Source: Candidatus Omnitrophota bacterium
GTDB taxonomy: Bacteria; Omnitrophota; Omnitrophia; Omnitrophales; Aquincolibacteriaceae
Assembly: GCA_035352955.1 (NCBI GenBank)
Contig: DAOPYQ010000004.1
Span: forward strand, 99,903-163,902
DNA length: 64,000 nt
Direction of reading: 5' to 3'
Shown: piece after piece, positions 58,109 to 64,000 of the stretch
Layout: each line of letters begins with the position of its first letter
Position numbering within the stretch: the stretch's first letter is position 1
Program-made: the position numbers and the translations under genes
Notes under the pieces: generated by a model
Seen by the model: the letters and a program-made list of their open reading frames with translations, nothing else
Told to the model about the DNA's origin: nothing
The model's database searches: none

Positions 58109-59113
58109 TTATTTCCGGTAGAGAGTCACGCTCTTACGCGTCATGGAAAAATCGATGTCTTTGGGAAGCGAGTGACGATACGCCGGCCGCCCGAGGCCTC
58201 TGCGGAGTTTTTCCCAAGCTTCGAAGGAAAGCCCACTCTTGGGGTCGAGCCTCTTGAGAGCCCGTTCGAGGATCCGGAACTGGAGCGGCGCGGGGAATTT
58301 CAAGAAGGAGGCCCGTTGCAATGAGAGCTTTTTTTTCGTACATTTTTTGAATACTTTAGACCAGGCGGCCTCTTCAAGCTCCGAAAGCAGCGCGTTCTCT
58401 TCCGCTACGATCGCAGGAATGCGCGACAAGGCTTCCATCACCCGTGGGTTAAAATCACGGCGCAGTTGCGGGATCAGCTTGAGCCGGATGCGGTTGCGGA
58501 GGAACCGGAGAGAGTCGTTCGTTTCATCCTTACAAAACCGGAATTTCCCCGCATGAAGAAATTCGAGAAGTTCTTTTTTGCAGAAAGCAAGCAACGGACG
58601 CGCCAGAGTCACGCCGTCCCGCTTAAAACACTCCCGGATCCCCTCGAGGCCGCGGAGACCCGTTCCCTGAATAACCCTCATCAGAACGGTTTCGGCCTGG
58701 TCGTCTAAAGTATGCGCGAGAACAATCACCGGAAATTTCCGGGCGCGGGCGGTTTGGAGAAAAAAATCATAGCGCCTCTGGCGAGCACATTCCTCAAGGG
58801 AGATTTTCTCTTTTTTTGCGGCAAACGCAACATTCCCCCGTCCCGCAAAAAACGGGATCCGGCATTTTCTTGCCAACCGCCGGACGAACTGCTCATCCCG
58901 CTTGGCATTCCGGGGCCGGAGCTGATGATTGAAATGGAGCAACCCGAGCGTCCAACCGTTCGCGCGGGAAAGTTTTTCCATAAGATGAAAGAGCGCGACG
59001 GAGTCCGGGCCGCCGGAACAGGCCACAAGGATCCTCGCGCCGGGCTTGAAGAATTTTTTATGCTCGAGGTGTTCCTTAAAACGGGAGAGGAGATCTTGCG
59101 AATTCTTACCCAT
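58109..59113 (-). CDS. tilS: tRNA(Ile)-lysidine synthetase
   Basis: PP-loop SGGPDS; 334 aa. Confidence 0.88.
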   Translation of the reverse strand: MGKNSQDLLSRFKEHLEHKKFFKPGARILVACSGGPDSVALFHLMEKLSRANGWTLGLLHFNHQLRPRNAKRDEQFVRRLARKCRIPFFAGRGNVAFAAKKEKISLEECARQRRYDFFLQTARARKFPVIVLAHTLDDQAETVLMRVIQGTGLRGLEGIRECFKRDGVTLARPLLAFCKKELLEFLHAGKFRFCKDETNDSLRFLRNRIRLKLIPQLRRDFNPRVMEALSRIPAIVAEENALLSELEEAAWSKVFKKCTKKKLSLQRASFLKFPAPLQFRILERALKRLDPKSGLSFEAWEKLRRGLGRPAYRHSLPKDIDFSMTRKSVTLYRK

Positions 59114-59175
59114 GAGCTCCTTGGAAGAATCACAAATTTTGGGAATCCGACACAGCCGCGCCGGAACAAAAAAAC

Positions 59176-59249
59176 TGCCGGGGGCCAGGATTGAACTGGC
59201 GACCTAGGGCTTATGAGTCCCTCGCTCTAGCCAACTGAGCTACCCCGGC
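59176..59249 (-). tRNA. tRNA with CAU anticodon (tRNA-Met, or tRNA-Ile2 substrate of TilS)
   Basis: Manual fold: GCCGGGG-TA-GCTC-AGTTGGCTA-GAGC-G-AGGGA-CTCATAA-GCCCT-AGGTC-GCCAG-TTCAATC-CTGGC-CCCCGGC-A. G1-C72 pairs, so it is not an initiator. There is an A31·G39 mismatch in the anticodon stem. Confidence 0.8.
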
Positions 59250-59375
59250 ACGTAACCCTTAAAAGAACGGCCCAAAAGAAGCGGTATATTAGCACACCTT
59301 TCGGGAAACACACAAGCCGCCATCAACATGAAAATCGTCCTTTAATAGGGATTCCGGAAGTGCTACACTGGAGCC

Positions 59376-60374
59376 ATGTTGCGCAGGGTTCATCCTAAAT
59401 CTCACGTTCAGACTCCCCCTTCTGAAAAACACCGGTTCGACGGCGTCATTTTCGATATCGATAATGTCCTTGTGGACACGCGCCGCTCCTATCTGGAAGC
59501 CATCCGGAACACGGTCGAGCTCTACCTAACCCACGGCCCGGTGCCTTTTTACAGCCGCCCCGAAACGAGCTCTTTTACGGGACTTCTGACAGCCTCCGAC
59601 GTGGACCATTTCAAGCTGCTCGGCGGGTTCAATGACGACTGGGACTGCTGCTACGGCCTTCTCGTCTATCTCCTGTCACTTCCGATCACCAAACAGCGCA
59701 CGATCGAAGCCCTTAAAAAGGCGATCGACATTGAAAAATTCGCAAAAACCGTCAAAGACCGGCCTCTGCGCGTCAACGGGATCACCGCCCTCTTCGGGCG
59801 CCCGACGACCGTCACGATCGAAAAAGTCGCGAGAATTTTTCAAGAAGTCTATCTCGGTAAAGACATTTTCCCGAAACTCACGCAAAACAAAATGCGCTAT
59901 TGGAAAAAACGCGGACTGATCCACCGCGAAAAGCTCATCATAAAAAAGCCCTTCCTCAAACGGCTAAAAGACAGCGGGCTGAAGCTCGGCATCGCCACCG
60001 GCCGCCCCCACTACGAAGCCATGTTTGCGCTCAAGAGCTTCGGTATCGAGGAACTGTTCGATGCGGTCACGACGATGGATGACGTGAAAAAAGAGGAACG
60101 GGAAAAGAAGGAATCGCTCCGCAAACCCCACCCTTTTTCTCTGATCAAAACCGTCCAGGCGCTGGGTGCGAAGAAGAGCTTTCTTTACGTGGGGGACCTT
60201 CCGGACGATATCCTGGCGGCGAACCGCGCGAAAACCTTCGTCGCCATCAAAGGAGCGGCATTCCCGATGCTCGCCGCTGATCCTTTTCAGGCCATCAAAG
60301 AGATCGAGGCGGCAAAGCCTGACTTCATCCTCAAAACCCCTTCCGACCTGTTCAAAATCCTCGACATTAAATAA
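59376..60374 (+). CDS. HAD-superfamily hydrolase with large cap insertion
   Basis: Motif I VIFDIDNVLVD, and motifs III/IV K…GDLPDDILAAN. Confidence 0.65.
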   Translation: MLRRVHPKSHVQTPPSEKHRFDGVIFDIDNVLVDTRRSYLEAIRNTVELYLTHGPVPFYSRPETSSFTGLLTASDVDHFKLLGGFNDDWDCCYGLLVYLLSLPITKQRTIEALKKAIDIEKFAKTVKDRPLRVNGITALFGRPTTVTIEKVARIFQEVYLGKDIFPKLTQNKMRYWKKRGLIHREKLIIKKPFLKRLKDSGLKLGIATGRPHYEAMFALKSFGIEELFDAVTTMDDVKKEEREKKESLRKPHPFSLIKTVQALGAKKSFLYVGDLPDDILAANRAKTFVAIKGAAFPMLAADPFQAIKEIEAAKPDFILKTPSDLFKILDIK

Positions 60375-60423
60375 TTCGCGCAGCGCGTACCGGCCTTTTG
60401 TTTCGTTGTGCGCTGCCGAAAGA

Positions 60424-61503
60424 TCAGGAAATGACTGCTTTTCTGAGGAGAAAGACCCCGATCCCGATCAAAAGAACGTTCGGGAGCCAGAGGCTGATGA
60501 CCGGCGGAATACCGCCGCGGGTGGCAAGCACTTGCGCGAGGGCAAAAAGAACGTAATACAGGCACATCGCCCCCATGGAGATCCCGAAACTGATAATAAC
60601 CTCGCCGCGTTTGACGATCGCGGCGATCGGGATACCGATGAACATGAACACGAGAGATGCGAATGAAAAAGAGATCCTCTGGTGGAACACGGCCCAAAGC
60701 TCTCGTTTGTCTTTCCTCTCTGTTTTTTCCGAAACGTCCACAAGGATCTCGGCCAGGGTCATGTCCTTCTTCTTCTTATCCATCTTGCGGATATCATTCT
60801 CATTCAGGGCCGGGAATTTGTAGGTCTTGAACTGCACGGACTGGATCCCCTTGTCCTGGGACTCCGAAACGCTCCCGTCATAGAGCAAGATCTCGAGATT
60901 GCCGCTCACGGGATCCATGGCGATCTCCCCGCTTTCGGCAACGATCGTGCGAACCGGATTGTCCGAATCGACCCCTTCGTGGGCCACGATCTCTTTCATC
61001 TTGTTGCCTTCCACTTTCTTGGTAAGGAACAGGATGTTGTTGCTGAGCTTTACGAACCGCCCCGGTTCAATGAGCGCCATCGGATGTTTCATGATCATTT
61101 TCTTGGTCGCACGGCGGAATTCATACCGCGCCGGAGGCCCGACCTGGTCGTTGAAAACGAACATACAGACGCTCAGCGCAAGGCCGAGAATGAGCGGCGG
61201 CAGCATATACTTCAACGGGTGGACCCCGGAGGCTTTCATGGCCCGGAATTCGTTGTGCTGGGAGAGGCTTCCGAAAACGATCAGAACACCGGTCAGCAAG
61301 CTCATCGGAGCGGCCCAGCTGATCACGGACGGCATGATGAGGACCATGACATAAAGGGTCTGCGTAAACGGAACGCCACGGCCGATAATAAGATCCGCCA
61401 TTTTTACGAGATACCCGGCCAAAAAGATGAAGCAAAGCACGGAAAAACAGATGAGGCAAGGCAAAAGCAGCTCTTTAAGTACGTAACGCTGAAGGATCTT
61501 CAT
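60424..61503 (-). CDS. LptF/LptG-family (YjgP/YjgQ) LPS export permease
   Basis: N-terminal ILQRYVLKELL, a 3+3 TM arrangement, and a central periplasmic beta-jellyroll region. Confidence 0.8.
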   Translation of the reverse strand: MKILQRYVLKELLLPCLICFSVLCFIFLAGYLVKMADLIIGRGVPFTQTLYVMVLIMPSVISWAAPMSLLTGVLIVFGSLSQHNEFRAMKASGVHPLKYMLPPLILGLALSVCMFVFNDQVGPPARYEFRRATKKMIMKHPMALIEPGRFVKLSNNILFLTKKVEGNKMKEIVAHEGVDSDNPVRTIVAESGEIAMDPVSGNLEILLYDGSVSESQDKGIQSVQFKTYKFPALNENDIRKMDKKKKDMTLAEILVDVSEKTERKDKRELWAVFHQRISFSFASLVFMFIGIPIAAIVKRGEVIISFGISMGAMCLYYVLFALAQVLATRGGIPPVISLWLPNVLLIGIGVFLLRKAVIS

Positions 61504-61717
61504 GCCGGATTATTTCCTGGATTAAAAAGTGCGCGGTCTCTTTGCATCATAGAATCCCTTCCCTGCTTTGTCAAATAAATGCGCAACCCCGGAACGCCAA
61601 CCGCGCCATGCGTTGAAAAGGCCATACCTCTCAGCAGACAGGGACACGTTCATCCCGTCCACGAACGAAATCAACGGGCTAAAAAAAATTCTCGAACATG
61701 CAAGGGCCCCTTCGCCG

Positions 61718-62938
61718 TCAATGCTTTCCCGGAGAAAGATACCTTTTGAGACGCGAGGAGCGAAGGACGTCCAGGAATTCGGCAGCAGTCACAAAACCTT
61801 CCATGCGGATCTCCGGCACTTCCCGGCCTTTTTCATCCATGAAAATCACGGTGGGGACACCGAACACCTCAAACCGCCCGATCACGTCCCGGACCTCGTC
61901 CGTCTCGACCGAAGTCGTATCAACCTTGATCTTCCGGAAGTTCTTCAAAGCCTCAATGACCTTCGGTTTGGAATAAGTAAATTGATCGAGTTCGTGGCAA
62001 GGAATACACCAATCCGCGTAAAAATCCAGCACGACCGGCTGGCCCGAGACCTGCGCCTCTCCGAAGATCCCGGCACGGTAAGGTTCCCAAACGATCCCCT
62101 GCCTGGGCCCCATCAAGACAAAGAAAAGTCCCGCAAAAAACGCCAAGGTCCCGAGCGTGCGCTTGATCATGACAAACATCTTCGAATAACGGTCCGAACG
62201 CTCCCACCAGCCGAGATAGATCCCTCCGCCGAGAAGCGCTCCGGGAACGATCCACTTCAGCACCGGCCACTGGAACGCGATCGTGATGTAAAATGCCCCG
62301 AACGTGAGGAGCACGACCCCGAAAACCCTCTCGAACCAGACAAGCCAGGCCCCGGACTTCGGAAGTTTTTTGAGAAGCCCGGAAAAAGTCCCGAGGACCA
62401 GATACGGCAACCCGAGACCGAGCGCCATGACAAAGAAGAGCAGAAATCCCAAGAAAGCGTTCTGCAGCGTACTGACATAGGTCAGAAGCGCCAGGACTGC
62501 CGGCCCCATGCACGGCGCCGCAATGATCCCCACCAGCGCTCCGGAAGCATACAAACTCAAACAGGTGTGTTTGGAAGACCATCCTCCGGAGGGTATGAGC
62601 CAGGACGGCAATCGAAACTGGTAAAGGCCGAGCATACTGAACGCAAGTCCCGTCACGAGGATCCCGACACTCAACTGGACCCAGAAATTCTGGAGAAATT
62701 CCCCGAAAAAGCTTCCGGTGTAGGCCGCGAGAAGACCGAGACCGCTGTACATCGTGACCATCCCGAGCACATAGGCGAGGGCTTTAGGGAACGCATGACC
62801 GTGCAAGGGCTCTCCGTTGCCCCGGAAAAGCGATACCGTGATGGAAAGCATCGGATAGACGCACGGAGTCAAATTCAGGCCCAGGCCGAGAAAGAAGACG
62901 CTAGTGAATGTGATTGCCAAATTACCGTTATCTACCAT
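61718..62938 (-). CDS. thiol:disulfide interchange protein DsbD-like (CcdA/DsbD TM core plus C-terminal thioredoxin domain)
   Basis: TM-core cysteines (LTPCVYP, APCMGP) and a C-terminal thioredoxin motif WCIPC. The ATG at 62938 is preceded by AGGAA. The longer ORF to 62983 is rejected. Confidence 0.78.
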   Translation of the reverse strand: MVDNGNLAITFTSVFFLGLGLNLTPCVYPMLSITVSLFRGNGEPLHGHAFPKALAYVLGMVTMYSGLGLLAAYTGSFFGEFLQNFWVQLSVGILVTGLAFSMLGLYQFRLPSWLIPSGGWSSKHTCLSLYASGALVGIIAAPCMGPAVLALLTYVSTLQNAFLGFLLFFVMALGLGLPYLVLGTFSGLLKKLPKSGAWLVWFERVFGVVLLTFGAFYITIAFQWPVLKWIVPGALLGGGIYLGWWERSDRYSKMFVMIKRTLGTLAFFAGLFFVLMGPRQGIVWEPYRAGIFGEAQVSGQPVVLDFYADWCIPCHELDQFTYSKPKVIEALKNFRKIKVDTTSVETDEVRDVIGRFEVFGVPTVIFMDEKGREVPEIRMEGFVTAAEFLDVLRSSRLKRYLSPGKH

Positions 62939-62965
62939 TTCTATCAATTCCTGCCTTGTTCGGAC

Positions 62966-63034
62966 GCAACGCTCAACGCACAACGCTAAAACTTAAAACA
63001 AATTCGTTGTGCGTTGCGCGTAGTACGTTGCGCG
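62966..63034. repeat. GC-rich palindromic intergenic element of the GCACAACGC family
   Basis: Left arm GCAACGCTCAACGCACAACGC, a 19-nt AT-rich loop, then CGTTGTGCGTTGCGCG-TAGTA-CGTTGCGCG. Confidence 0.45.
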
Positions 63035-63037
63035 AGA

Positions 63038-63658
63038 TTAAAAAAGGCTCGCCGGGAAATCGGCCTTCGGCGCGGACTTCTTGTTCAGAAAATCTTCGGT
63101 GGCCTGCTTCCAGTTCACCGGGATCTCGTACGTCTTGAAATCCCAGGTCGACGTGAAAAAAATCTTTCCCTCACGGCAGCCGTAATCGTAGACCCCTTTC
63201 GTGAGGCGGACATCATCGAGACAGTATTTCTTAAGCTCCTCCAACCGGCCTTCCTTGAAAAGAACGAGCGCTTCGGCCCCGTCCCCGGACTTCCCCTCTT
63301 TAAGCGTCGCGCGCGCCACGCTGTCGAGACTCGCACGATGTCCGCGAACCCTCTCGATCTCATCCAAAAGATCCAGCACCGGGAACTGATCGACCGTCTT
63401 GAAAACATACGGCTGGAGGACCGGCATGTCGAACCGGCGGATATTGAAACCGATGATCATGTCCGCGGTCTGGAGCCGCTTGTCGAGTTCGGCGATCTCG
63501 CGCTCCTCGTAAGCGCGGTACTGGTCCGTCAAGTAATCGTAAACGCCCACGACCGAGATCTTCAGTTTCGAGAGGCTGTCGGCCTTCGACTTTCCGATCT
63601 CTTTGAACGATTTCTGCGTCTCGATGTCCAGAACCAAAATGTTATTATTTTTCGCCAT
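63038..63658 (-). CDS. standalone PolB-type/RNase H-like 3'-5' exonuclease domain protein (COG3298-like)
   Basis: Exo I motif LVLDIET and Exo II motif IGFNIRRFDMPVL. An AGGGA SD is upstream. Confidence 0.55.
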   Translation of the reverse strand: MAKNNNILVLDIETQKSFKEIGKSKADSLSKLKISVVGVYDYLTDQYRAYEEREIAELDKRLQTADMIIGFNIRRFDMPVLQPYVFKTVDQFPVLDLLDEIERVRGHRASLDSVARATLKEGKSGDGAEALVLFKEGRLEELKKYCLDDVRLTKGVYDYGCREGKIFFTSTWDFKTYEIPVNWKQATEDFLNKKSAPKADFPASLF

Positions 63659-63668
63659 TTAAATATCC

Positions 63669-64000
63669 CTAGATTAATTCTTTCAGGTTTTTGATCACGG
63701 TCACGAAATCCCGGTGGTCTTTTGCCAAGGTCTTGTGCCGGTCCGAACGGTCGAGCCAGATGGACCGGATGCCCGCCTCGTGCGCGCCGCGGATATCATC
63801 CTCCAGACTGTCCCCGATGTGGACCGTTTCGTCCGGCGAAACTTTAGCGAGCCGCAGAGCTTCGCGGAAGATCCGCGGGTCCGGCTTCGCGGCACCAAAG
63901 ACCGCCGAGATCACTTTGAAATCCAGATACGGGTCCAGTCCGAGCCCCGCACACAATTTCACGAGCCGGCTGTCCCAGTTCGAGACCAGACCCATACTAT
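63669..64000 (-). CDS. HAD-family hydrolase, C-terminal portion only (N-terminus beyond window edge)
   Basis: HAD motifs III/IV …AAKPDP…HIGDSLEDDIRGAHEAG. The ORF is open to the window end. Confidence 0.6.
   Translation of the reverse strand, partial: SMGLVSNWDSRLVKLCAGLGLDPYLDFKVISAVFGAAKPDPRIFREALRLAKVSPDETVHIGDSLEDDIRGAHEAGIRSIWLDRSDRHKTLAKDHRDFVTVIKNLKELI

Noticed and set aside
61568-62989. 473-aa plus-strand ORF over the dsbD-like gene; 63014..63694 plus-strand ORF over the exonuclease gene
   Set aside because: Antisense to genes with clear CxxC thioredoxin and Exo I/II motifs. Translations are charged and low-complexity.

Overview
This 64-kb window is a GC-rich bacterial chromosomal segment (about 57-60% GC judged by eye) that is densely coding, with almost every gene on the minus strand. 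I could not place it taxonomically from sequence alone. Most of it is core housekeeping. There is a complete minus-strand arginine operon argC-argJ-argB-argD-argF-argG-argH followed by lysA (9405 down to 28), driven by a perfect-consensus sigma70 promoter. Other housekeeping genes are rnc, rplM-rpsI, truA-asd-leuB, glgA, rpmB, recJ, yajC-secDF, tgt-queA, trmI, yebC-ruvC-ruvA-ruvB, folP-ftsH, tilS, an lptF/lptG-family permease gene and a dsbD-like gene. There are two tRNAs: tRNA-Arg(CCG) and a CAU-anticodon tRNA immediately upstream of tilS. I found no transposase, integrase, CRISPR array or toxin-antitoxin pair. The non-core content worth attention is:
- An 833-aa secreted protein built from five tandem ~90-230-aa repeats, each opening with VPxGWTRAxSNAxFAFQ and carrying LxLMDLxTG and DVSPDG (PD40-like) motifs.
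- A tightly overlapping operon joining an AddA-like UvrD-helicase/RecB-nuclease (1119 aa, no AddB partner in the window) to three pseudouridine synthases, a DUF2132 protein and an HAD phosphatase.
- A type IV pilin island next to tRNA-Arg: two paralogous major pilins, three minor pilins and a SpoIID/LytB protein. The tRNA 5' flank carries a tandem ~64-bp duplication that includes the first 7 nt of the tRNA. A second pilin-pair locus lies elsewhere.
- A PilZ/EAL c-di-GMP gene pair.
- A REC / GAF-PP2C module with a truncated histidine-kinase remnant and an orphan plus-strand terminator.
- A standalone CBM48 glycogen-binding protein beside glgA.
- A family of GC-rich palindromic intergenic repeats sharing a GCACAACGC/GCGTTGTGC core.
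- Two promoters (rnc, rpmB) whose -10 box sits under 10 nt from the start codon, suggesting leaderless mRNAs.
Several long plus-strand ORFs in the six-frame track are antisense shadows of the minus-strand genes and are rejected.
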